DNA from: Octopus sinensis
Lineage: Eukaryota
DNA length: 64,000 nt
Assembly (NCBI RefSeq): GCF_006345805.1
Contig: NC_042999.1
Span: 10,540,001 to 10,604,000, forward strand
Direction: 5' to 3'
Positions 1 through 12,400 of this stretch are shown here, one piece after another (positions within the stretch are counted from its first letter, which is position 1; each line of letters starts with the position of its first letter). The position numbers and the translations under genes are program-made. The notes beneath the pieces were generated by a model. It saw nothing but the letters and a program-made list of their open reading frames with translations. It had not been told where the DNA came from and ran no database searches.

Positions 1-166
1 TGGTCATTTTGCTTGTCGCTATCCTTGGTTAGATCTTCTTCCACCATTTCAAGGGATCAAATCTTACAGGACTGCCTGTCATTACTTCCGTTCACCTTCT
101 GCGACCCCTGTTCAGCCTTTCATTTGTCCTTGCTACTTTTGTAATGAAGACTTATTAAAACTTCAG
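1..166 (+). CDS. HPS3: HPS3-like coding exon (5' end outside window): GHFACRYPWLDLLPPFQG...CPCYFCNEDLLKLQ
   Basis: Open frame from nt 2 ending CAG|GTAAGT (phase 0). Splices in frame to SLLC, giving the 'LKLQSLLC' motif I recognise from the HPS3 C-terminal domain. Confidence 0.8.
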
Positions 167-615
167 GTAAGTTAGTTTCTTTATTATTCTGTTCAACAGA
201 TTTACATCAACATTTCCTATAAATTCTAGAAAGCAAATTACCATTTTAATGCTAAATTGATCAATTTGGTAGGTTCTTAGAAAGCAAAATTATTTACCAG
301 AAACAAAGCAAAAAAAATGAATGAATTGGGTTCTTTTTTCCCCTGATTGCAACAACTCAACTAATATTGATTGATTAAAACAATTACGTCTTAGTAAATC
401 ACCTGCATCACTATTTTGATGTCCACTTTTCCATGCTGGCATGAGTCGGACAGGATTTTCTATGGCCGGATTCTCTTCGCGTCCTCAACTCTTTCCTCTT
501 TCTACCCAAGGGAATATTTCTCCATGGCCTGACATGTTTTTCACAGAAGACTGCAAACAAACTTTATTGCTTATTTGACAGTGATGATAGTTTCAAATCC
601 TCATCTATTGCAAAG

Positions 616-657
<42 letters not shown>

Positions 658-896
658 TTCCTATCATTCAGAAGAGTGGATACTTGAAATATAAAAAAAA
701 AACATTTCCTTTCGTTTTTTACTCATTTACTAAGTATTAACCTAATACACACTGTTTGTTCTTTTTTAACTTGTCTTTGTATTATACTTTTGCACTGTGT
801 ATATATTATATATATACATCTTCATATATATATATATAATGTACTGTCCCATGATACTAAGATCAACAAAAAAAGGACTCCATCTGATTTGTTGTT

Positions 897-953
897 TGTG
901 CCTGATGAATATGTTTGAGATATTTCTCAACATATGAAGCTATTAGTAGCACA
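897..953 (+). ncRNA. Degenerate minimal type I hammerhead ribozyme motif (Penelope-type)
   Basis: Stem I TGTGC/GCACA, CTGATGA core (902-908), stem II ATATGTTTGAGA/TCTCAACATAT, GAAG in place of GAAA, short stem III CTATTAG, GTA triplet. Confidence 0.6.
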
Positions 954-1357
954 TAAAGACATGTATTGTGTCTATTAAGTAATTATATATATGTGTGTGT
1001 GTGTGTGTGTGTGAATAAAAGAAGGGTAAAAATACTGCTTGCCAAAGATGAAAGCTTCAAAAACCACCAATCCTACGATAAATACACACACGAGCAACAA
1101 CGCAATGAATATCTTAAAAAATAGGCCTACCTTCAGGATGGGATAGGACGGCAGTGAATACCCACCCCAATGTCAATTGATTTCATGCTGTGTATGAGAA
1201 ACCATGCTTTGCAATCATCAGTTGGCAAGAGTATTTAACATCTATTTCTAAAATATTTATTATGTCAACTCATGTGAGTTTCTAACTTTAAATGTCCTGC
1301 TCTGTTTAAAGAGAAAACTATCCTAAACAATTTACTTTTTTACTGTTTACCCTTCTT

Positions 1358-1400
<43 letters not shown>

Positions 1401-1620
1401 AATTTGAGGACATGCACCTCTTATAGGGATGGTCCCATCCAAGTTACACTGGTTTAATATACATTATACTTTGAAGAGTATTTACTCTTCAGTAAATATA
1501 TTATAAATATCCTATATTATTAAGAATGTCTCAACCAATCAACATGTGACTTCGTTAATGTCCTTCCACCCTCATCATATTTCACTCAAAATCTTCAAAA
1601 TGCTTACTTATTATTATTAT

Positions 1621-1976
1621 TACCTCTGCCTTAGCGAAGGCGGAGGTATAGTTTCCAGTTGTGTTTGTTTGTCCATGGACAAGATATCTCAAGAACCACT
1701 GGATGGATTCAGATGAAACATTGAGATGTTTTGCCTCGGGACTGACACAAACTAATTAGATTTTGGGATTGATTCAGTACCGGAGAAGGATTCTGGATTA
1801 TTTTTCTGTTTTTTTTTTACTTAATTTTTGAGAGCGGTTGGATTCATTCTTAATATTCTCGTTTGTGAGAGCAGTCGAGTTTATTTCAGATATTCTCATT
1901 TTAAAAATCATCTCTGGCTAATCATTGAGAGGACGTTGGTGTTATGTTGGTGGAGGTTTGCGTTCTCTGAGTGTTC
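1621..1976 (+). mobile_element. Non-autonomous Helentron-associated (HINE/DINE-like) element
   Basis: Follows (ATT)n. 5' TACCTCTGCC-n-GGCGGAGGTA short inverted repeat, GTTT microrepeat, 3' subterminal TGGTGGAGGT plus GCGTTCTCTGAGTGT hairpin. Confidence 0.5.
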
Positions 1977-2096
1977 TTGTTGTATATGTTTTCTAATTTG
2001 TATTGAGTTTGAATAGAAACAATCGTAGGCAATGTTAATTGATAAATAAATTTTCTCCATTAAATCTCTCCATTTTCTTACTTAATAATATATATA

Positions 2097-2380
2097 TCAT
2101 CATCATCATCGTTTAACGTCCGTTTTCCATGCTAGCATGGGTTGGACGGTTCAACCGGGGTCTGGGAAGCCAGGAGGCTGCACCAGGCTCCAATCTTGAT
2201 CTGGCAGTGTTTCTACAGCTGGATGCCCTTCCTAACACCAACCACTCCATGAGTGTAGTGGGTGCTTTTTACGTGCCACCGGCACAGGGGCCAGATGTGG
2301 CTGGCAAATGGCCACAATCGGTTGGTGCTTTTATGTGCCACTGGCACTGGTATCACAACTACAATTTCCATTGATTTTTG
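2097..2380 (-). mobile_element. SINE/RTE-tail repeat with (GAT)n tail (family B)
   Basis: Near-identical segments recur at about 30929-31105, 47030-47355, 55960-56280 and 59470-59635 (GGGCATCCAGCTGTAGAAAC...GGACGTTAAACGATGATG). Confidence 0.8.
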
Positions 2381-2399
2381 ATCGATATATATATATATC

Positions 2400-2740
2400 T
2401 TCTTTTGGTCTGTTGGTCCCTCTGAGTAGCACATCAGGTTGTCATTGAATACCAATTATCTGTCTCTGGCCAACCAGTATGCTTCTTCCCACGTAATGTT
2501 CAGTCTGCATAGGTCTTCTCTGTAGGTACTAACTCCATGTCTTCCTCAACCGGCCCCTTTTTCTTTTATCTTCCAGCAGCATCTAAGCCCATGCCTGTTT
2601 TGGCAAGCCTCTCCTCGCGCACTCTTAGTATGTGTCCTGCCATTCTCATTCGTCGTTCACTTACGATTGCATGCAGGGGCCTTACTTTATAAGTTGTTCT
2701 TAGGATCTTTCTGGTATGCTTCTTACATTCTTCCATCTAG
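2400..2740 (-). mobile_element. Decayed RTE-like LINE 3' fragment
   Basis: Reverse strand reads RRMRMAGHILRV... and KRKRGR.RKTW, typical of the RTE ORF C-terminus. Confidence 0.55.
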
Positions 2741-2805
2741 CAAATCCACTTACAGGGCTTTGGTTGGCCCAGGGTTATAATTATTTACTTTGCATTTCTT
2801 TTCAG

Positions 2806-3057
2806 TCTCTTCTCTGTTCTCCATGTGCGAAAGAGATTTTATTTCAAACTGTTGAGATTGCCATCCAATCAAGTGAGACTGCAAACGACGGTACTCCTCA
2901 ACAGTCGGCCATCATTACGTTTCCATGGCAACTTTCCTTGGATCTTCTTTGTAAAGCCAGCATTGATGTTTGCGATGCAGTTGATTCGATTCTCTCTGAT
3001 CATCCTCAGATCTTACCTGATTTTTGTGCCAGCATGCTTGATTCTCATCCTGAACAG
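2806..3057 (+). CDS. HPS3: HPS3-like coding exon: SLLCSPCAKE...LDSHPEQ
   Basis: Pyrimidine tract + TTCAG acceptor, 252 nt (84 codons) open, CAG|GTAAGT donor. Lies within ORF 2716..3138. Confidence 0.8.
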
Positions 3058-5324
3058 GTAAGTCTCTCTCTTAACACTGACCTCTCTTTATACTTCCAAC
3101 AACTGCAGCCGCCAGTCGGCCATCGGATTCTTTTCTAATCCAGTCTTAGGTTTTCTATGTATGCTTGACATGTGGCGATTTTTGTTTTGTTTACACAAAC
3201 AACAAACTCAAATACACTTTCAGTTATGATTATGAAGTCATTTTGATGCTTATAACATTTTTTTATCAAAATTATTTCAACAAAGTTTTGAAATATTAGA
3301 AATGGGTGATTAGGAAAACGTCATCAGATATGGAGGATCATCGTCATCATTTAATGTCTGTTGTCCATGCAGGCATGGGTTGGATGGTTTGACCAAGGCT
3401 GCACCAGGATCCAGTCTGATTTGGCATGGTTTCTACAGCTTGATGCCCTTCCTAACACCACACCACTCCGAGAGTGTAATGGGTGTTTTTATGTGCCACC
3501 AGCAAGGGTGCCATTTGCATGACACCAGTGTCTGCCACAACTGCAATTTTGCTCGGCTTGATGGGTCTTCTTCTCAAGCACAACATAGCACCAAAGGTCT
3601 TGGTCATTGCCTCCATGAGACCCAAAACTTAAAAGGAACTCAGCCACTCTGAGAGGCCCAACACTCAAAAAGAACTTAACCATTTTGCCTCCTTGAGGCC
3701 AAAAGCTCAGAAAGTGCTCTTCATGTGCCAGTTTCATGACACAGCATCAGTCATGACTACAATTTTACTTGGCTTCACGGGTCTCCTCAAGCATACAATC
3801 CTTCATTACAGTCTGCCTTTCACTCTCAGAGAGGCCCTTTGTTGCCAACAGAAGTCGGAGTTCTCTGAACTTTGCCTAGCCTAATCTTATTCTCACAGCA
3901 ACACTCTCGGAGCATCCGCTACTAACTTGGTCACCAAGATAACGAAAGCTATCTACTACCTCTAGCTTACACCCCCTAACAGTTGATGGAGTCTATTTTC
4001 TGCACATTTTCAGCATTTATTGTACCTGTGCATCTTCCACATACAAAAGCTATTTTCCCCTTTAACCTTCCTCTGATATTGCTGCATCTCTCATGTGTCC
4101 ATAGTTAACGCTGGGTACATCTTATGGAGTTTCTACCTATGCCTTTTCTACAGATCAAGCAGGGCCATCTACCTGCAGGGATTTGTGATTTGTCTGCTTT
4201 CCTACTTACTAAGACTTTGGGTTTTGCTAGATCAACTCTAAGGCCCTTCGATTCTAGACCTTGCTTCTATACCTGGAGGATGTATATATTAAGGGGAATA
4301 TAAATCTTCATCCTTAAACAATTGAAACAAACTGAATGATATAAGTTGGGGTATGTTGTTGGGTGTAAGGTTAAATTGTTAGGGTACCTCATGAGCAGTG
4401 CATGTTATTGACACATGATATACCATCTCATGACCCAAACATCATTCAGTGAGTAAGATTAGACATGTTGAAATAGAGGCCCCTGGATGGCGTAGTCCAT
4501 AATTATAAACATTGGAAGGGCTGTGGAATTGAGTTGTTATTTATTATCTGAGTTGTACTGAGTTGAAATCCTGCCATGGGAAAAGTTCTTTCAATAAAGC
4601 AGCATTCTCACTCAGTGGCAGCAGATTTTTTTTACATTTATGCTAAGAAAAAAAAACAAAAAACAAAAAGCAAACCTACCAGTGATAAACAGTGCATCTA
4701 TGAAGAATTGTGATTTGAAATGGATTAACTCTTGTAGTGAATCGTTGCAGCCAGCAGTTTGGCAAGTTCTGCCTTCTGTCCCTTAAAACTATGGTTTTAG
4801 GTTGATAAAACAAACATAGTTTATTGATTTGAACATTTGGTTTATTGATTTTGTTGTAAATAATGTGAGAGCAGATGGATTTCGTCTGTTAATCCTTTGC
4901 TTATCATATTACATGAATACTCCAGCTGAAAAAGAAAGGAGGGTGGGCCATTTGTGGATATTTTTGAATTCATCATCATTTAACATTTGTTACCTCTGCT
5001 AGCATGGATTGGATACTAAGACAGGAGCTGGCCATTCTCCATGTCAGTTTTGGCAGGTTTTCTACGGCTGGATGGCCTTCCAAATGCCAACCACCATTGT
5101 ACAGGTGCTTCCATGTGGCGCCCATGGGCCCACAAGATTAGAAATGCTCAGCTGACAAGGGATGCAGAGGACAGCCATGTCTGGCCCAGCATCTGAAGAA
5201 CCTTTCTCACCACTTCATCCCATGTCCCCCTCAAGCTTCACCTTCTCACTCCTAAAATACTTGGTCAGTTTTTACACTTTTTATGATTTTAACTTTTACA
5301 TAACTCAACTGTTTGTATTTTCAG

Positions 5325-5406
5325 TGGAAATATTTAATGGAAAAATTTCAAACGCTCATAAGTGAAGATAGCACAGAACATAACCGCTATTACCCCATAT
5401 TCCAAG
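5325..5406 (+). CDS. HPS3: HPS3-like coding exon: WKYLMEKFQTLISEDSTEHNRYYPIFQ
   Basis: TTTTCAG acceptor, 82 nt (phase 0 to phase 1), AAG|GTGAGT donor. Resembles the HPS3 'WKKLL' helix. Confidence 0.78.
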
Positions 5407-5825
5407 GTGAGTTTTTCTTTTATTAAACTGTCGTTTGTTTTAAAAGGTTTTGTTATTATACACTAGATTGTGACTAAGGCATCTGCCAGTTTTAGCAGCA
5501 GTTCCAAATTGCATCACAAACAAATGTACACCAAGTAGAATCCAGATGCTGTTTCTTCTGAAGATGGGCCTTTGTGCCTGAAATATGAAGATTTTATAAA
5601 ACTCTCTGCATTGTCAGAAGCTTTCTATTTTCTCACATTCTTATATATATATTGATATTTAGCAGAAGTAACAGTGACTCCAGAATGTTAATATATTTGG
5701 TAGTTGTGTTGTTTTTTATGAACCGATTGAATTCCTGTAGACTTTCCACCGAAGGATTTTTTTGTCATTTAGCTTCATGCATCAGCAAGTCACATGACTT
5801 GTTTTTTGCAATTAAACATTACTTA

Positions 5826-6420
5826 TTCTATTTTTATATGGAATTTTATAAAGTGAGTTTTCACTTCTAGTAAGTTTTCTATCTAATTTTGTTTTATAAT
5901 GTGTGTTGCAATGTTGTGCCACAGCTCCCCCTTGTAAGTGTATGGTGAGTGTTATACTGGTGTGTCCAGTATAACAGTTAGAGTCTTCAAGTTTGCAACT
6001 TTCAGTTTTGATAGTCAAATTTATAAATCACATTGGACATTCACAGTTTATTCTCAGGCTTCTTAAATATTTGTGGTGTGTTGTTGATGAGGAGGATTTT
6101 GATTTAGATGTCTTTGTTACACACAACCATCAACTTTAATAATATACAACACCAAAATCCTCCTTATCAACAACACACCACAAGTATTTAAGTCGGAGAA
6201 CAAACTGTAGATGTCCAATGTAATTGACTGTAAAACTGAAAAGTACAAATTTAAGGACTCTGTTACATTGGGTCGATCAGTATAACACTGTCACATAAGC
6301 TCACCATGCACTTGCATCATGGAGGTGTTGTACAACATTACACCACACATTATAGAACAAGATTAGATAGGAGAGTACTAGAGGTGAAAAATTCATAAAA
6401 TTCCATACAAAAATAGATTA
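5826..6420. mobile_element. Inverted duplication of a Penelope-like GIY-YIG endonuclease fragment (HPS3 intron)
   Basis: Arms about 5826-6101 and 6153-6420 are imperfect reverse complements. The right arm translates (from 6261) CYIGSISITLSHKLTMHLHHGGVVQHY; the left arm gives CYTGHTSITLTIHLQGGAVAQH on the minus strand. Confidence 0.65.
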
Positions 6421-6786
6421 CTATGGAAACCATGTTCATTTTGTAAAACAATGCCAAAGTTAAGTAACACACGTTAAAAGAAATTAACATGTGGTTACTG
6501 ACATAAAAATATCCTAATTGTCAAAATTTGACCATGATACAAACCAACGCTTTTGACTTCCGTGGCATAATGCTTAGAATCAATAAACCTTTGGAAGCAA
6601 TGTCTACTGAAATTCAACCAGTTTATAAGAAACAAGACAAACATCAAATAGATTCAGTTTGTGATAATGTGGTAAATGTCAAATATGGATTTAGGAACTT
6701 TACTGATCCAAACCAGCTGTAAAAATAACCAAAATAAAAATGATTAAAACTTTTAAATAGTTGTTCCCCACATGTATATATATATA

Positions 6787-7058
6787 TGTGGAAGTACAAT
6801 GGCCCAGTGGTTAGGGCAGTGGACTCGGGGTTTCAATTCCAAGACCAGGCATTTCACCACAATTTTCTCTCACTCTTTGTCTCTGTTGTACCTGTATTTC
6901 AAAGGGCCAGCCTTGTCATGCTGAATCTCCCTGAGAACTACGTTAAGGGTACATGTGTCTGTGGAGTCCTCAGCCACTTGCACGTTTATTTCACGAGCAG
7001 GCTGTTCCGTTGATCGGATCAAATGGAACCCTTGTTGTCATAACCGACGGAGTGCCAC
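6787..7058 (+). mobile_element. tRNA-derived SINE (family C)
   Basis: A-box-like TGGCCCAGTGG and B-box-like GTTTCAATTCC. The body (CTGAATCTCCCTGAGAACTACGTT) recurs inverted at about 60340-60550. Confidence 0.65.
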
Positions 7059-7156
7059 ATGATTTATGTGTGTGTGTGTGTGTTTGTTTGTGTGATACAC
7101 AAATTTAAAAGGTTTGGCTGTGTTATATATATATTTTTTGCTCTTATTTTTCAAAG

Positions 7157-7335
7157 ATATGCTTACAGAAATGGTAAAGAAGCTGAAGACATCGGATGTT
7201 TTGCATTTAGTTCCTGCTAATGGAAGCCTTTCTTATTTTTTACCATATCTTAACCAATGCTGCATTAAGGACCAGCTTGTCTCACTTGAAAAAATTATTG
7301 TAGAAAGGGGCCAAAGTTTGACTTTGTATGATTAA
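7157..7335 (+). CDS. HPS3: HPS3-like terminal coding exon: DMLTEMVKKLKTSDVLHLVPANGSLSYFLPYLNQC...LYD*
   Basis: TTTTTCAAAG acceptor; phase 1 matches the previous exon. 'LVPANGSLSYFLPYL' resembles the HPS3 C-terminal 'LPEDGTATFFLPYL' motif (from memory). Stop TAA at 7333-7335. Confidence 0.8.
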
Positions 7336-9348
7336 ATTCTTTGTTAAAGAAATTTTGGAGTTTCTCCCAGTTAAAAGAAAGAAATCTACTATTCTTCAAG
7401 AAATCTTACTCATTCAGTCATGAACAGTTTGTTAATGAAGACAAGAGCTTCAGTTCTAATGAATTTCTAAAACGAACAGAAAAGAGATTTGATTCTTTTC
7501 TAATTTTGTTAAAATATCAGGGAGTTTTGTTTTAAACATAAAATGTTTAAACATTAAATGTCATGGCAGAATTTGTTTAAAGAGCTGCACTGATTTGCTT
7601 TTTTTATATCGGTCTCACATACACACCAGAATTTACAATGGAATCAAACCAAAACATGACAACTTAAATTCCTAAATAAATTTCATGGCCATTATTTTTT
7701 CTGCCTTGAGGAAAAGATTAAAGTGTTAGGGTGACTGATTCCAAGTCTAGCACCTGTATATTTTGTGAATCGACCATCAACATCTAATTAAGAGCAGCAG
7801 TTTGTGCAATATCTGCCATAATGTTAACATCAACAGAAGTTCTTTGACAGTCTCTCTCTTTATTTATATTTTGTCATGGGACTTGTTTGAGAAATTTCTC
7901 TGCTACAGAAAACATTCCACAGTATTGATTGTTCAAAGAAGAAATAAACAATCGAAGAGAAAAAGTTTGCATCTTGTCCATTTGAATCAACAGAAGAGGC
8001 TAGCAACTTACTTCTCTGCTGATTGACTTTCTTAACACATCATCTGCCGAGAGAACGTGCTGTCTCTCAACATGCTACCACAAACCTAATACAATGCAAT
8101 TTTATTTATTTGTATGTTGCTCTATGGACAAACCTCAACATCAGACATAATCTATTCACTTTATAATCACCATTAAATTCGATAGTAATTGTTAAACAAT
8201 GTTTTTAACCAAATTTGTAATTGAGAATAAATTCACATATTTTTTAGTTTTGTTTTGTTTTAAATAATTTTTTTAAAGTATAAACTTTATGTCCACGTGT
8301 GACAAGACCTAACAAGTTTCACAATCAACAAGTTCTTCTTTCAAGGATATTTTTCTTTTTTTCATCATTACAACTATTGTTATAATGATGAAATGGATCC
8401 GGATGCTGTGTCGGTTGCCTGTTGTGCAAGAATCCATTCTACATTAAAGTTATTGTGGATAAATCTGCAGGTAAGTTCATCATAGTTTACCAGCTGGAAT
8501 AAAGCCTCAAGTTTTAGATATTTCCCATCCACTGAATATGATAAATCCTGATAATGGTTGCCTGTAACCGATGCTAAATGATGGAATATCTCAAGACTCT
8601 ACAATTGGTATTTTGATTGTTCAGATCCTGCCAAAATTATTTTTCTATCTTCCAAGATTACTAAAACAATTCCCAGCCAACAACTGCAGGAATGAGTTGG
8701 ATAACATAAAGGACTCTTCTCTGAACCCCTTGCAGATGGGAAGTGGCACTGGCCACATCAAAACGCTGTGTGGGAGCAGTATGATGTCTCACTCGGTGCA
8801 GCACTGTGTTGTCAAATATGCCACACTGTGAAGAGCCTGTAGATACCCAATGGTTTAATACTAGTACACAGCACAGACTGTCAGTACTAAGTCTGTGAGC
8901 AAGGGGTTATAATAGGTTTTGAATCAAAGTTCTGCTGGAAAGCACAATTCATGACCTGTTCTTAATTTTTGTTTAAAGCTGTTTTGCTTCAATTACTCTT
9001 GGAGAGACAATACATTACAGCCATTGCTTTCCTTGAGAAGACTCAGGGCTTATCTATTTAAGACTTCCAAAGGTCAGGGTTGACAATGAATTTATAGCTG
9101 GACAATTCTTTTCCAAGCCTGGAAAAAGTCATTTCATAAAAGCAAACAGTTTCCCTGCTGCACAGCAGGCCCCTGCGGAATGTAAAGAGCAGAATAAAAG
9201 TACTCACAGAATAGTCTTGTCCAAGACTAACAATCCCTTCCCTGGAAACATGACGGGCAAAAACTGATCTTGGTGAGACTTGAACTTAGAACATAAAGAA
9301 CCAGAACAAAGGCCTTAGTTTTTGCCAATTTGCCTCTGAAAGGACTTT

Positions 9349-9411
9349 TAACTGGATCCTATAAAGGAGCTGTTGTGGTAGCAGACCACAAAACACGGTT
9401 GAAATTCCTCA
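9349..9411 (+). repeat. 63-bp direct repeat, left copy (right copy 13077-13139)
   Basis: TAACTGGATC...GGTTGAAATTCCTCA; 4 mismatches between the copies by manual alignment. Confidence 0.9.
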
Positions 9412-12400
9412 GATACTGACTGCTGGGAAAGACTTGCTGACAATCCAGAAAGAGGGATGACAAAGCGGAGAGACGCTTGACAGTGTAACGAAGGATCAAA
9501 TGGGCTTGCAGCCCAATCCAAGGTAAAATTGCAATGAAAAAGCATGGGAAATCATGATCTCGGACCATGGGGGGGAGAATAAAGGATCAAATAGGGACGG
9601 AAAAAAACAAAGTGGACAATGAGAAAGGAATGGTAGATGAGGAGTTCAGCTGCTGCGGAAAGGTGTTTGCTAGTTACATTGGGCTGAGAATCCACCAAAG
9701 GAAGGTGTGTCAGAAGAAAGTAATTCAACAACGTGGGTTGATAAACCATAAGACGTGTGGCCAGAATCTCCTGGAAAATAACCATAGCGAGGTTTATTCC
9801 ACAGTTGAATTGGAACAGTCAAAAAGACTGATAGGCGTGAAGAGGACAAAGATTAAGTGGCCGAAAGCAAATGACGCAGCGAGTTATAAAAAAATTCGAC
9901 AACAAGGTAGCAAGAATGACCACCAAATTCAAAGGCGACGACGAACAAAAGCTCGAACACTTGGCTAATACAATCTACCAGGAAGGAGAGAAAAGATTTG
10001 GACTGGAAACAGCAGGGAAGGTAGAATCAACGGCAAAGAGCGGACCATTGAGGAGAGAAAGATGGATCGCAAAGATTCGAGAAAAGAAGCAAAAACTCAG
10101 AACCAGATGGAGGGATGCAAAGGAGGAGGAAAGAGAAGGGCTAAAGCAGCTATATGAAGAGATAAAAAAGGGGGCATTGAGACCAGCAAAGAAAACAAAG
10201 AAGAAAGGAGAGAGAAAAGAACTATCGTAGCTTTGTGAAACATTTATTTACTGAAAGTAAAAGCGGAAAATTGGATTGCACGAAAGAAGAGCTCAAACAA
10301 CATCTGAAAGAGACACACAGCGACTCTGACAGAAATGAAGTTCTCCCAGAAATGCACGGACTGAAGAAACCACCTGAACCAAGAGTACCGTTTGATGAAA
10401 TGGATGAGTTCATAAGAAAAGCAAGAGCAAAAAGTTCACCAGGGAAAGATGGAGTGAGCTTCAAGGTATATAAATATTGCCCGAAATTACGATTGCAGCT
10501 GTTTGCACTGATAAGAGAAATGTGGAAGAAGAAAGATGTAGCAGAGTGAAGGTGTATAGCCGAAGGTATCTTTCTACCTAAAGAAAAAGAGGCAAAAACA
10601 CTAGGCCAATTTAGACCAATTTCACTATTAAATACTGACGGGAAAATCATGTTTGGAATAATTGCTAGACGAATTATAAGATTCGTACAACATAACGGGT
10701 ACGTTAATGAAGCAATCTAAAAAGCAGGAATCCCTGGGTGCATAAAACACGCATTTGCCACCTGTGCAAAATAACTGAAGAAAAACCTGTTTATTGTTTG
10801 GCTAGATCTTGCCAATGTTTATGGATCTGTTCCGCACGCAATAATAAAAACAGCAATGAACTTCTTTTGGATTCCAAAAGATGTTCAACGAATGCTCATG
10901 TCGAACTACGACAACCTGAGGATGAGATTTACAGCAGGAAAGTGCACAACGGAGTGGCAACGGCTTGAAATAGGGATTGCAGCCGGATGCACGATATCAG
11001 TCATCTTATTTGTGCTAGTCATGGAAATGTTACTTAGATCTACAAACTGTGAGAAAGCTGTTACAAAGACACCATTAAGGGCTTTTATGGACGACGTTAC
11101 TGTATTATCAGAAAGTAGAGAAGCAGCAGAGGGAACGTTAGAGCGGTTGGACGAACTGATAGGATGGGCAAGAATGAAATTCAAAGCCAAAATATCTCGA
11201 AGCGTGGCTCTCGTGAAAGGAAGGCAAGAAGAAGTGAAATTCAGGATAGGAAGTGAAGACATACCAACAGTGAAAGAACAACCAGTAAAGAGTCTCGGCA
11301 GATGGTATAGAGATTTATTAAATGATAAGAAGCAAGGGAAAGAAACATGAGTTAGTAGAACAAGGATTAAAGGCAATTGACAGAACAACGCTGCCGGGAA
11401 AATTCAAATGTTGGATACTGCAATTTGGGCTGTACCTAAGAATAATGTGGCCATTGCAAATGTAAGAAATAGCCTCGAGTAAAGTAGAAAGGATGGAACA
11501 AAGATGCAGTGTGTTTATCAGAAAATGGCTTGGTCTGCCGAAACCACTGAATACAACTGCACTATATGGAAAACCTGTGCTGCAACTACCAATAACATCA
11601 ATCGCCGAAGAATATAAGGCAAGAAAGGCAAGGACAGTAATGATGCTAAGGTATTCAAAAGATCAGAGCATCCGGGAAAACCCTCCAAAGGTACGAACAG
11701 GGAGGAAATGGAAGGTGGAAGAGGTAGTAAACAGGGCGATCGGAAAACTAAGGCAAGCAGATATAGTCGGAGTGACGCAAGAAGCTAGAACCGGCCTAGT
11801 GTCGCAAAACTTCAGGCCATTTTGCAAGAGCAGTGTAAAAGAGATGAAAGAGGCAGTGGTATACGAAGTGAGAAAGGAGGAAGAAGAAAGGCAGTCAACA
11901 GGGACAGCACCTGAGATGGGAGGAATATGTGATCAACCGTAGAATATCATGGAAGGAACTTTGGGCTTGGGAACAAGCAAGAATAGCCTTCCTGATCAAG
12001 TCTACCTTCGATGTTCTACCCTCACCGGCGAATTTAGTCCGGTGGAACATAAAAACAACCGATGAATGTAGATGCGGAGAGAAAGCGATGGTTAGACATG
12101 TTCTGTCAGGTTGCAGACTAGCACTTGAAAGATATACATGGAGGCATAATCAAGTCCTCAGCGTCATAATTGCAGCACTCAAGGAGAAGATCAAAAGGTA
12201 CAATAGGGGAGAGTACCCAAAAGTAGAAAAGCGCAGGAAAGTATACTTCCACAAGGAGGGAAAAGGTTATAAAACCAGGCCTACAAATAAAATATACGAG
12301 ATAGACGAAAGATGGAAGGGATACTGGGAGCTGGTCATGGATTTGGAAAGACTAATATTTCCACTCATAAAAATGACAAAAAGACCAGAATTAGTCCTAT

